Shown here piece by piece: positions 8,549 to 18,175 of a DNA stretch of 64,000 nt (its first letter is position 1; each line of letters begins with the position of its first letter). The stretch lies in the NCBI GenBank assembly GCA_965140585.1, contig OZ223270.1:416001-480000 (forward strand), given 5' to 3'. The position numbers and the translations under genes are program-made. Under the pieces are notes generated by a model that saw nothing but the letters and a program-made list of their open reading frames with translations, was not told the DNA's origin and searched no databases. The stretch comes from Spirochaetia bacterium. Its GTDB lineage: Bacteria; Spirochaetota; Spirochaetia; UBA9216.

Positions 8549-9829
8549 CTAATTATCAACCCGCTGAATACGCGCGCCGAGAGAATTAAGCCTTTTGCAT
8601 AGCTTTTCATAGCCGCGCTCAATCTGGTAGACATTTCCAATAACGCTCTGGCCCTCTGCACATAGAGCTGCTATTACCATTGCCATACCGGCACGGACAT
8701 CCGGAGAAACCAGATATGAAGCTTTAAGCCTTGAGGGGCCGCTAACAACAGCCCTGTGCGGATCACAGAGTATAATTCTGGCACCCATGCCGATAAGCTT
8801 ATCTACAAAAAACATTCGGGACTCGAACATCTTCTCATGAATAAGGATTGTTCCGTCGACCTGGGTTGCAACAACAGTCATTATGCTGGTCAAATCAGCC
8901 GGAAACCCGGGCCAGGGAGCATCGTCAATCTTGGGTATCATGCCGCCCATGTCCGGAACAACCTTCAGATCAAGCCCCTTGGGAATATGTATATCAGAAC
9001 CGTCGGTTTCCCAGTGGATTCCCATTTTGGCAAAACCGAGCCTGGTCATCCGAAGATGTTCAGGAGCCGCTTTTTTGATTGTAAGCTCTCCTCGTGTAAC
9101 AGCAGCGAGACCTATAAAAGAACCGACTTCCATAAAATCAGAACCTATATCGAACTGTGCGCCATGAAGCTTTCTAACACCATCTATATGCAGGACATTC
9201 GAACCAATTCCGGTAATATCAGCACCCATGGCATTAAGCATATTGCAGAGATCCTGAACGTGCGGTTCAGAGGCGGCATTGCGGATAATACTTTTACCCT
9301 TTGCCATGACAGCGGCCATTATTGCGTTTTCAGTTGCTGTTACCGAAGCTTCATCAAGGAAGATATCCTCTCCGACCAGCTTATTGGCAACAAGTTTGAA
9401 AACGCCATCAATTTCAACCCGAGCCCCAAGCTCGGTAAAGGCCATAAAGTGAGTGTCGAGTCTTCTACGGCCTATAACATCTCCCCCCGGCGGAGGCAGA
9501 ATGACCTTTCCGGTTCGTGCAAGCAGAGGCCCTGCAAATAGAATGGAAGCGCGGATAGATCTGGCCTTCTCGGGCGGTATTTCACTTTTAGTGATATTCT
9601 GGGTCTTAACCCTATACCGTCCGTGAGAATCTTCTTTTACATCAGCACCCAGATCGGCAAGAATTTCAAGCATTACCCTTACATCTTCAATATCAGGAAG
9701 ATTTCCCAGCAGGATTTCTTCATCTGTCAGTAGACAGGCGGCAATGCACGGCAGCGCAGCATTTTTGTTTCCGCTAGCTGTAATTTCTCCGTTAATAGGA
9801 AAGCTTCCGTCTATTATATATTTACTCAA
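8549..9829 (-). CDS. murA: UDP-N-acetylglucosamine 1-carboxyvinyltransferase
   Basis: SGNKNAALP, RASIL, PGGDVIGRR, SVTATEN, PWPGFPADL, DVRAG, IERGYE. Confidence 0.95.
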   Translation of the reverse strand: MSKYIIDGSFPINGEITASGNKNAALPCIAACLLTDEEILLGNLPDIEDVRVMLEILADLGADVKEDSHGRYRVKTQNITKSEIPPEKARSIRASILFAGPLLARTGKVILPPPGGDVIGRRRLDTHFMAFTELGARVEIDGVFKLVANKLVGEDIFLDEASVTATENAIMAAVMAKGKSIIRNAASEPHVQDLCNMLNAMGADITGIGSNVLHIDGVRKLHGAQFDIGSDFMEVGSFIGLAAVTRGELTIKKAAPEHLRMTRLGFAKMGIHWETDGSDIHIPKGLDLKVVPDMGGMIPKIDDAPWPGFPADLTSIMTVVATQVDGTILIHEKMFESRMFFVDKLIGMGARIILCDPHRAVVSGPSRLKASYLVSPDVRAGMAMVIAALCAEGQSVIGNVYQIERGYEKLCKRLNSLGARIQRVDN

Positions 9830-9847
9830 AAAATTAACTCCTGGTTG

Positions 9848-11113
9848 CTATTGTCCCGGGCAGAAACAAAACTGCTTCTGCTGAAAAGGATTCTTGTTCA
9901 TTTTCAAATTTGCAAGACATATCCGGCTCTCACCGTCTGCCGCAAACCTGACAGAAACCCTGTGGTTGAAATTACCGCGATCAGCATATGAAAACGGAGT
10001 CTCCATTATTTCAGGAAAAATAACCCCTGAAAAACCATCACGATCGAAAAAATTATCTTCTCCCCACTCTTCACTATCGGCAGGTTTAAAAATCTTTTCA
10101 AGGATTTCATGGTCTTTAAGACCTGCAGCCCTCAGTTTATCCAGATATTCGTCCTCAACAGCCATATCAAGAAACCCTGAATAATCTCCTGACCATAAAA
10201 GAGCAGAACACCTGTCAAAAAAAGTTTTCAGGTTTCTGACAATATTTGTATTTCTATATTCTGAAAATTCCCTGCTGTTCCATTTATACCATGTAAGAAA
10301 GGTTTCAAATCCTGTACCTTCCTCAAAACCCTGTTCATGAACAACAATATCAAGATATCCGTCTTTATCAATATCTTCAACAAGGGTGATTACAGATAGA
10401 TTTTCTTCTATTGTAAAATGGGTAATTCCGTAACCGTTCAGAATTACTAGCTGCCGAACGATTCCTGCCCTCGTTCGGAACGATATATCCAGGCAATATG
10501 GAAAATCATTACCTATATGCACCTCAAGCTGAGACATACCATTCAGAACCTGCTGCCTTGCGACGGGTATTGTATACCTCAGATAGAGAGTTCCGTCAAT
10601 CTGGTAAAAAACCAGTAGAAAATATCCATAATAATCTTTGTCTGAGCTGAACAGCCTGGAAGAATCTGAAAGCCTGGCGAAAGATGCATCCGTATCCTTG
10701 TCTCCTTCAACGGCAAGCAGAAGCAGATCATTAAATCCGTTTTTATCAAGATCATGCTCTATCATTAGAGGTGCCCTGTTTTCTGTTACTGTCCTCATAT
10801 TCCATGGCACCAGATTCAGCGCAGATGAAATAAGTACAGGAGTTGTCAGCGGGACAGATTCCGGGCGGACTGACTCATCAGTAACAGGGTCAGGATTTAT
10901 ATTTTCTATGCCGGTATTTTCATTCTGAATAGATTCCGCATGCGAAACTTCCTGATTCTCTGCAGAAGAAGTATTTGCTGCAGGGTCAATTGTTTCATTC
11001 CCGGTCTCTATATTTGGAGCGGAATCATTTACATTATTGATATCTGCTGTAGCGCAGGACCAGAGGAGGAGCCCGAAGACAGTAAGCGACAAAAAGGGTG
11101 AAACTTTCCGCAT
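9848..11113 (-). CDS. Lipoprotein with FG-GAP/VCBS-like Ca-binding loops
   Basis: Lipobox LLLWSC, acidic tether, DLDKNGFND and DIDKDGYLD motifs. Confidence 0.65.
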   Translation of the reverse strand: MRKVSPFLSLTVFGLLLWSCATADINNVNDSAPNIETGNETIDPAANTSSAENQEVSHAESIQNENTGIENINPDPVTDESVRPESVPLTTPVLISSALNLVPWNMRTVTENRAPLMIEHDLDKNGFNDLLLLAVEGDKDTDASFARLSDSSRLFSSDKDYYGYFLLVFYQIDGTLYLRYTIPVARQQVLNGMSQLEVHIGNDFPYCLDISFRTRAGIVRQLVILNGYGITHFTIEENLSVITLVEDIDKDGYLDIVVHEQGFEEGTGFETFLTWYKWNSREFSEYRNTNIVRNLKTFFDRCSALLWSGDYSGFLDMAVEDEYLDKLRAAGLKDHEILEKIFKPADSEEWGEDNFFDRDGFSGVIFPEIMETPFSYADRGNFNHRVSVRFAADGESRICLANLKMNKNPFQQKQFCFCPGQ

Positions 11114-11249
11114 CTGCTTAAATATACCAGCTTAGATTCCCACATTCAAGCCTTTGAAAAACAGAGTAAGTTCTGCTCTGCTTTACACTTATGGGAAAAA
11201 ATGCTTAGATAGGCATACAGAAACCGTATAATCCATCTGGAGCATAATA

Positions 11250-12626
11250 ATGAAAACAATGAAATTCGGGGGAAGCTCCGTAAAAGACGCAGAAAAGATT
11301 AGAAACGTAGCTTCAATTGTAATAGCTGAGTCAGAAAAGACCAAGGTAGCAGTTGTTCTGTCGGCCATGAAAGGTATCACAGATAACCTGCTTGAATGCG
11401 CCGATCTTGCAGTTCAGGGTAACATCGCCTATAAAACAATACTTAAAGATATAACCGAAAGAGAATTTACAGCCTTTGATGAGTTGATTGGAAAAGAGAA
11501 CGAATCTGAAGCCAGAGTAAGCCTGTCAGAAATGCTTGAGGAGCTGAAAGAAATCCTTCTTGGTGTACAGATGGTGAAGGAATGCTCTGTCAGAAGCCAG
11601 GATCTGATTGTAAGCTTCGGTGAGCGCATGAACAATACTGTATGTGCCGCTTATCTTCGATCTGTCGGAATCAAAGCTACATATGTTGATACGAGAAAAC
11701 TGATTCTAACAGATGATAATTTCGGCGCTGCCCGGGTAAACTATAAAGAAAGCTACATGCGGATAAGGGAGCACCTTTCAAGTATTGAGGGTATACCCGT
11801 AATAACAGGCTTCATAGGCGCTACCGAAGACGGAATAACTACAACACTCGGAAGAAACGGTTCGGATTTTACAGCATCCATTATAGCAGGTGCCACCGGT
11901 AGTGAAATTGTTGAAATCTGGACTGATGTTGACGGAGTTCTCAGTGCCGACCCCAGAATCGTTGAAGATGCATTTGTTATTCCGGAACTTACATACACCG
12001 ATGCGATGGAGCTTTCATACTTCGGTGCAGAAGTTATACATCCGTATACAATGATTCCTGCTGTTGAGAAAAACATTCCAATTATAATAAAAAATACAAT
12101 GAACCCTTCTGCACCCGGTACTGTTATTGCTGCGACAATCAAGCCGCACAGCAGACCGATAACCGGTATCGCTTCAGTAAAAGATACTGCAATCGTAAAT
12201 ATTGAAGGAAGCGGAATGACCGGAAAACCGGGGATTGCAGGCACCGTCTTCACCGCAATGGCTGAGGCAGGCATCAATATTATTATGATATCTCAGGCTT
12301 CAAGTGAACACAGCATCTGCCTAGTTCTGAAGGAAGCTCAGGCCATAAAGGCTGTTGAAATACTCAATGAAAAACTTGCTGTTTATATCAAGAATAAGAG
12401 AATTGAAGGTGTACAGATTAGAAAGGGACTGGAAATTGTAGCCGTTATCGGAGAAAGCATGATTGGAACTCCCGGTATTGCAGGCAAAATCTTCAGCGCT
12501 CTGGGTGAAGCAAGTGTTAACATCCTGGCAATTGCACAGGGCTCAAGTGAACGCAATATTTCATTTGTAGTAGATAAGGCTGATAAAAACCTCGCCCTTA
12601 ATACCGTTCACAAGGCCTTTTTATAA
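11250..12626 (+). CDS. Aspartate kinase (kinase + two ACT domains, no homoserine dehydrogenase domain)
   Basis: MKFGGSSV, TTLGRNGSD, WTDVDGVLSADPR, ELSYFGAEVIHP, ISQASSE, IAQGSSERNIS. Confidence 0.92.
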   Translation: MKTMKFGGSSVKDAEKIRNVASIVIAESEKTKVAVVLSAMKGITDNLLECADLAVQGNIAYKTILKDITEREFTAFDELIGKENESEARVSLSEMLEELKEILLGVQMVKECSVRSQDLIVSFGERMNNTVCAAYLRSVGIKATYVDTRKLILTDDNFGAARVNYKESYMRIREHLSSIEGIPVITGFIGATEDGITTTLGRNGSDFTASIIAGATGSEIVEIWTDVDGVLSADPRIVEDAFVIPELTYTDAMELSYFGAEVIHPYTMIPAVEKNIPIIIKNTMNPSAPGTVIAATIKPHSRPITGIASVKDTAIVNIEGSGMTGKPGIAGTVFTAMAEAGINIIMISQASSEHSICLVLKEAQAIKAVEILNEKLAVYIKNKRIEGVQIRKGLEIVAVIGESMIGTPGIAGKIFSALGEASVNILAIAQGSSERNISFVVDKADKNLALNTVHKAFL

Positions 12627-12651
12627 TTGAAAGTTTTCAAGGGAGAACTAA

Positions 12652-13950
12652 ATGAAATTTTACAGTACCAGAAATAAAGACAGTAAGGTTACTTTTAAAG
12701 AAGCTATATTCAAAGGACTTGCACCTGACGGAGGGCTATATATGCCCGAAGTAATGCCGGATATGAAGGATATGCTTGATTCATTCGATGAAAACACTTC
12801 TTTCAATGAAATGGCGACCGAGGTTGCATACAGACTGCTTAGTGAAGAGCTTGATAAAGACGCTGTGAAAAGAATATGTGACAGGGCTTTTGATTTTATC
12901 CCTGCCCTCGTACAGCTTGATGATAATATCAGCATACTTGAGCTTTATCATGGTCCATCCTGCGCTTTCAAGGACTACGGTGCATCATTTCTTGCATCCT
13001 CTATGGAAGAATATCTTAAGACTGATGATCGCAAGGCTGTCATTCTTACTGCAACAAGCGGAGATACCGGCAGTGCGGTTGCACGTGCTTTTTATGATAA
13101 ACAGAACATCGATGTAGTTATTCTGTATCCTTCAGGAAGAGTAAGTCCTCTTCAGGAGAAGCAGCTTACAACCCTTGGTAAGAATATCAAGGCGCTTGAA
13201 GTTAAAGGCTCCTTTGACGACTGCCAGCGAATGGTTAAAGAGGCTTTTATTGATCAGAAGCTTGCTGTTGATTATAACCTGACATCAGCAAACTCAATCA
13301 GTCTCGGCCGCCTTATTCCTCAGTCTTTCTACTACATCTGGGCCTGGGCACAGGCAAAAAACAGGGAAAACCTCTGGTTCTGTGTACCAAGCGGAAATTT
13401 CGGAAACCTGACTGCAGGGCTTATGGCTCATCGCTGGGGAATGGGAAATGAAGGTTTTATTGCAGCGACAAACATTAATGATGTAGTACCTGAGTACCTT
13501 AAAAAGGGAAAGTTCAGCCCGCGGGCATCACAGCTTACTCTGTCCAACGCAATGGACGTAGGAAACCCCAGCAACTTTGAGAGAATGCTTGAACTTTTTA
13601 ATGAGTCACACAGTGAAATGTCAGGGCTTATTAAGGAAGAGGTTGTAACAGACACAGAAACAAAGAAGACTATAAAAGAAGTGCTTGAACAGAAGGGTTA
13701 CGAGATGGATCCGCATACTGCGGTAGGATATCTTGCTTCAAAGCGTTTCACAGAAGCAAATAAGAATGCTCAGATTATCAGTCTTTCAACAGCACATCCG
13801 GGCAAGTTTACCGAAGTTTATGAGGAAGCAACCGGAAAAAAACCGGGACTCCCCCAAAGGCTTCAGGATGTAATGAAACTTGAAAAGAAGTCTGTTGTTG
13901 TTGATAATACAACTGAATCCCTGAAGGATTTCATCAAAACATCATTCTGA
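12652..13950 (+). CDS. thrC: Threonine synthase
   Basis: MKFYSTR, GLAPDGGLY, ELYHGPSCAFKD, ATSGDTG, VPSGNFGN, STAHPGKF. Confidence 0.95.
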   Translation: MKFYSTRNKDSKVTFKEAIFKGLAPDGGLYMPEVMPDMKDMLDSFDENTSFNEMATEVAYRLLSEELDKDAVKRICDRAFDFIPALVQLDDNISILELYHGPSCAFKDYGASFLASSMEEYLKTDDRKAVILTATSGDTGSAVARAFYDKQNIDVVILYPSGRVSPLQEKQLTTLGKNIKALEVKGSFDDCQRMVKEAFIDQKLAVDYNLTSANSISLGRLIPQSFYYIWAWAQAKNRENLWFCVPSGNFGNLTAGLMAHRWGMGNEGFIAATNINDVVPEYLKKGKFSPRASQLTLSNAMDVGNPSNFERMLELFNESHSEMSGLIKEEVVTDTETKKTIKEVLEQKGYEMDPHTAVGYLASKRFTEANKNAQIISLSTAHPGKFTEVYEEATGKKPGLPQRLQDVMKLEKKSVVVDNTTESLKDFIKTSF

Positions 13951-13964
13951 TTATTCAGAATGGT

Positions 13965-15047
13965 TTATTCAACGTACATTCTAAGCAGTTTTTTACCGTC
14001 TGCTGATCTGAAGGGGTTCTTTTTGTTTTTCAGGAAGGATTTATAGGTTCGGCAGGCATCGTAATAGGGTTCCGGGCTCCTGAAGGTTGACAGCAGGTCG
14101 CATCTGAAGACTTCAAGGAGAATCGGAAACAGTGAAGAGGACATGTCCGATTCGATTCTATATGCCGGCAGTCGTGGAATTGCTGCCGGCAGCATATGTC
14201 TTTCTACCAGATAGCATACATTTTTTATCATCTCTGATTCAAAGCCAAGTTTTTTCATAAATCTAAAGGCAGTACTTGAACCAATCTGAGCATGCCGGTC
14301 AAAGCGGTTTCCGTCTGCCTGTTTAGAGTCTGGCTTGCCGATATCATGCAGCAGCAGTGCAAGCGACAATGTCAAATCAGTTGTTTTACGGTAGGAGAAG
14401 GTTTCAAGAGTATGCTTCCAGACATCTCCCTCGGGGTGATATTCCTTTGAATGATCAAGTCCGGATAAAGCCGCCAGCTCAGGCCAGAACTCATCGATAA
14501 AGCCTGTCTTTTTCAGAAAGGACAGGCCATTAGCCGGATTCTTTCCAGTCAGAATCTTTTCAAGCATCAGATTTTGATACAGAACCGAAGGCTCTTCCGA
14601 ATAACCTGAGGTTCCGGTCATAACATTTTCAAGTAGCTCTTCGCTTAATGAAAAACCATATCTGGATATTAAAACCGCCGATTCAAGGTTCAGCCTCCAG
14701 CTGTATGACTGAAAACTGTCTGAAATCAGCCTGAGCTCACGCTTTCTAAGTTCCGGATAACATCCCGGTTTATCATAAAAAACATTCCGGCCGCTGTCAT
14801 AAAGCAGGTTGCATACTGAAAAAGGGTGTTCCGGAACATCTTCAACAGAATCAATGCATTTGATATATATGCTTTCATCATTTTCAGTAAGCACAGCATC
14901 AGCTTCTTCAACTCCCGGATATTCAAGTTCATGGTCTTCCCCTGCAAGCTCAGCGAGATCCCCAATATAGTATGCAAACTTTGGTGTAATAGTATTTTGA
15001 TCGTAGTATCGTTCAAGAGAGGAAATGCCGTAGAGCAGAGAATTCAC
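13965..15047 (-). CDS. HD-domain protein related to the CCA-adding enzyme body/HD region
   Basis: HPEGDVWKHT, LLHDIGKP, RHAQIG; N-terminal nucleotidyltransferase motifs not evident. Confidence 0.75.
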   Translation of the reverse strand: MNSLLYGISSLERYYDQNTITPKFAYYIGDLAELAGEDHELEYPGVEEADAVLTENDESIYIKCIDSVEDVPEHPFSVCNLLYDSGRNVFYDKPGCYPELRKRELRLISDSFQSYSWRLNLESAVLISRYGFSLSEELLENVMTGTSGYSEEPSVLYQNLMLEKILTGKNPANGLSFLKKTGFIDEFWPELAALSGLDHSKEYHPEGDVWKHTLETFSYRKTTDLTLSLALLLHDIGKPDSKQADGNRFDRHAQIGSSTAFRFMKKLGFESEMIKNVCYLVERHMLPAAIPRLPAYRIESDMSSSLFPILLEVFRCDLLSTFRSPEPYYDACRTYKSFLKNKKNPFRSADGKKLLRMYVE

Positions 15048-15064
15048 TCAGTCCACCTTTGTTT

Positions 15065-16501
15065 TTATAGTTTCAGAGTGTACATTATACCAAGTGAGAT
15101 ATCGTAAATAAAGCGGTTTTCACCTTCCTGCGGCTTCCATATGCCGGCCTCACCGGAGACGACATCCTCAAGCGCCAGTTCATTCATCACATACCCAAGG
15201 GTACAGCCTAACGACAATGTGAAATTAAAGAGTTCTGCTTTAGCCTCAAAGACCGATTTAATTGTATGCTCTAAAACATCTTCATCAAGGAATTTAGAAC
15301 CGGTATTATCGTGCCAGCTGTCTTCATGCCAGGGATTTGATGGAGATTTGCTTCCTGATATCACATACTCAAGACCGGCAAGATAATCAATTGGAATATT
15401 CTGAAAGAAATTCCATGTATTTGAATATTCAGCCTGAACTGCAGCACAGTTTTCACCGTATTTGAAACCAAGATAATTATCAGTGTAGTCAATTGCCCTT
15501 GTTTCTCCGTCCACAGTGTAGGTATCAAGAGGATAATAGGTGTACTGATAAGGATATACATTGTAATCTGAGCTTGTTGTATACGTGGACTCAAAGACAT
15601 ATTTCAAAGCAAGCGCGGCATCAAATGAAAACTTACCGTAATCCGTATTTATTCTACCGCCGCCAGCCCATGCCATTTTATGCGGCTGCCAGGGGTTGTC
15701 TTCATTAAGCCAGTGCAGATTGAAATCATCTATAAGCCATTGTCCGAAGTAGTACATATCTGCATAGTTATAGTCCGCAAAGAATCCCATAATATAGTTT
15801 TCATTGGATGTGGTTTCCCAGGGTCTGCCGTCTGAAATTTTTGTATACTGAATAAAATACTGCGGAATAGGGCTGATAAAATACTCTGCGTCAAATGAGC
15901 GGTCTACGTAAACGGCCGACTCCTGAAGCCCTATCCTGAAATCACCGATTTTAAGTCCGTAGACTTTTAGGTTAGCACCACGATCAACATCATAAATAGC
16001 AGAATTCTCGTTGAGACGTATCCACCTTGTTTCATAGAAAAAAAGTTTACCATCGTAGGAGAAATCGGCAATGAATGCGGGATTTTTATTACCGTTTACG
16101 AAGAGGGCATAATCAGAATCAAAAATATCCGAGTGTTCCTTCTGCCCTGCAGTAAAGGAAAAATCATTAAACCAGAAGCTAAGGTATCCGCTTCTCATCA
16201 TTGAATAGTATCCGCCGACATCGCCCTCAGGCAGGGCAGCAGGGTCCGCTCCATATTTGCCGTCATTGGCCACAGCAAGATCCGCATTCAGCTGAAAATA
16301 AGGGAGTGTAAAATCAAGAATGAAATCTCCCTGATTGTAATATCCAACAGTATCGTTGATATGATTATCAATGGAGAAAGCAAGGTCGAGGAAACCTTTT
16401 TCAGAACTTGATGAATCTGTCTCTGATTCCACAGATTCTGATGAGAAGATAAATCCGGTAAATAATAAAAGAAAAGCGGGAAGTAAAAGTAGTTTTTTCA
16501 T
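15065..16501 (-). CDS. Outer-membrane beta-barrel protein, Wzi-like
   Basis: Signal peptide, aromatic/acidic alternating strands, LGFKYGEN motif, adjacent to a paralogous gene. Confidence 0.55.
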   Translation of the reverse strand: MKKLLLLPAFLLLFTGFIFSSESVESETDSSSSEKGFLDLAFSIDNHINDTVGYYNQGDFILDFTLPYFQLNADLAVANDGKYGADPAALPEGDVGGYYSMMRSGYLSFWFNDFSFTAGQKEHSDIFDSDYALFVNGNKNPAFIADFSYDGKLFFYETRWIRLNENSAIYDVDRGANLKVYGLKIGDFRIGLQESAVYVDRSFDAEYFISPIPQYFIQYTKISDGRPWETTSNENYIMGFFADYNYADMYYFGQWLIDDFNLHWLNEDNPWQPHKMAWAGGGRINTDYGKFSFDAALALKYVFESTYTTSSDYNVYPYQYTYYPLDTYTVDGETRAIDYTDNYLGFKYGENCAAVQAEYSNTWNFFQNIPIDYLAGLEYVISGSKSPSNPWHEDSWHDNTGSKFLDEDVLEHTIKSVFEAKAELFNFTLSLGCTLGYVMNELALEDVVSGEAGIWKPQEGENRFIYDISLGIMYTLKL

Positions 16502-16510
16502 AGTTTTTCC

Positions 16511-18151
16511 TTATAAAAAGTCAATAAAGTTCTTCAGCGTGAAAATAACATGAGCAGCGATTTCAATATCATTCCGTTCTGCGCTTTCAATATGGTTATA
16601 GTTGTTTATTACAGACCAGTAAAAATCAGCGCCGAAGCTCAAGAACTCAAACATCTTATATGTACCGTACAGGTTAAAAATATGTGAGGCTTCCACCGTT
16701 CCGGTCGGAGTAATATCATCAGAAGCCGGAGCCCATGAGTCAGTGATCATTTTTTCACCCTGCTGAAGGTAGGTGTAATCAATGCCGACAGAATATTTAT
16801 TCTGAACATCATATTTAAATGTTAAGTACCAGACTATTGAATCAGGGCCGTATTTATATCCAATAGGCTTTGTTATGTATTCATACTGATCAGTTACCAG
16901 AGACCAGTATCTTCTGACATTGTAATAATATGGAGAAGCTTTCCTATTATACATCCACGGAGAAGTCAAAACCCATTCAGCTCCGTATGACAAGTAGCCA
17001 TCACCAAGCGGATAAGCACCCTTACCGCCTGCCATGTAGCCGAATACCGGAGGCCCGCCCCCACCATCACGATCAGATTCATATTCAGTAGCAAATTCAT
17101 CCATAGCAACTTGTCCGTAAATATTGAAATATTTCCACGGATTAATTGAGACTTCTGCAGACAGCAATGAATTACATCTTTCCGTATCAAGCCAGTTGTG
17201 AAAGATCATCAAGTAATTCGAATCATGAATAAGACTGTAATCTTCATCAAAAGTTACTGATTCAGCTATTGCAGCCTGGACACGGCCGTCCCAGAAACGG
17301 GCTTCAAAGCGGTGCCCCATAAAGGCGGCATAATCTATGGACGTATCATCGTAACTGAATGGTTCCAGAACTGAATACACGCTGGTAAATGTGAAATTTT
17401 CTGATCTGAACTTCATCTGCAGAAAATCGTAATATGTGCTGTAGTCAGATAGCATCAGGTTACCCGAAAGACCGTTGCCCCATGAAAGCTGGTCGCGGCC
17501 GAAGTAAATATCCCACCATTCACCGCCGAATGATGAAACAGCCCGGAAGGGCGCGTAAATATCAATTCTTGGACTTGGATCGTCAAAGATCAGATTGGAA
17601 TAGTTATAGGCCACATCTTCGGTATCAGGAGAAGTTACAGTTCTGTATTCCTCCTTCACCTCAATATCCATAATCATGTACAGAGACTCGGCAAACCAGA
17701 ACTCCAGAGGTATATCAAGAAACGACGAGCGTTCATCATAGCCGTGATTCCACTCATAACTCTGAGCGGCTTCTTCTTCGGTGTCTTCCAGTTCAAAGTG
17801 ATAAAAGCCTTCAGGAGTTAAAATGAGATCGGTATTGAACTGATAATTATCTTCATTCACAAGCAGCTCATCTTTTTCAATAAACTCCTGTATATTATCA
17901 TAAGCCTGTTTTCCTGCCTCTGAAAGTTTCCGGTAGTGAACCTTTGATAAAGAATCTTTCACTTCCTGATAAGTCCAGGGTCTTGCAGTTTCCGGCTGAG
18001 CCAGCCCAGACTCGTAATAGAGATTATCAATCAAACGGTACAAATCAGAAGAAACAGGAAGTACCGTCCTCATATTCTGGGCAGATACTAATCCCGCAGT
18101 CAGACTTAATACAATGATCAGAATAAAGAAAATTGGTCGATTTCTGTTCAC
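16511..18151 (-). CDS. Capsule assembly Wzi family outer-membrane protein
   Basis: Signal peptide; ARPWTYQE; GRDQLSWGNG..GNLMLSD; GHRFE; PIGYKYGPDS. Confidence 0.7.
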   Translation of the reverse strand: MNRNRPIFFILIIVLSLTAGLVSAQNMRTVLPVSSDLYRLIDNLYYESGLAQPETARPWTYQEVKDSLSKVHYRKLSEAGKQAYDNIQEFIEKDELLVNEDNYQFNTDLILTPEGFYHFELEDTEEEAAQSYEWNHGYDERSSFLDIPLEFWFAESLYMIMDIEVKEEYRTVTSPDTEDVAYNYSNLIFDDPSPRIDIYAPFRAVSSFGGEWWDIYFGRDQLSWGNGLSGNLMLSDYSTYYDFLQMKFRSENFTFTSVYSVLEPFSYDDTSIDYAAFMGHRFEARFWDGRVQAAIAESVTFDEDYSLIHDSNYLMIFHNWLDTERCNSLLSAEVSINPWKYFNIYGQVAMDEFATEYESDRDGGGGPPVFGYMAGGKGAYPLGDGYLSYGAEWVLTSPWMYNRKASPYYYNVRRYWSLVTDQYEYITKPIGYKYGPDSIVWYLTFKYDVQNKYSVGIDYTYLQQGEKMITDSWAPASDDITPTGTVEASHIFNLYGTYKMFEFLSFGADFYWSVINNYNHIESAERNDIEIAAHVIFTLKNFIDFL

Positions 18152-18175
18152 TTTTTAAACTCCGATATAAATTTA

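Noticed and set aside
8756-9541. 261-aa ORF antisense to murA and similar shadow ORFs throughout
   Set aside because: Fully overlap well-supported genes on the opposite strand or frame and show no motifs
11114-11249. Riboswitch or attenuator upstream of aspartate kinase
   Set aside because: Short divergent intergenic region with one weak stem; no leader peptide, T-box or lysine riboswitch features
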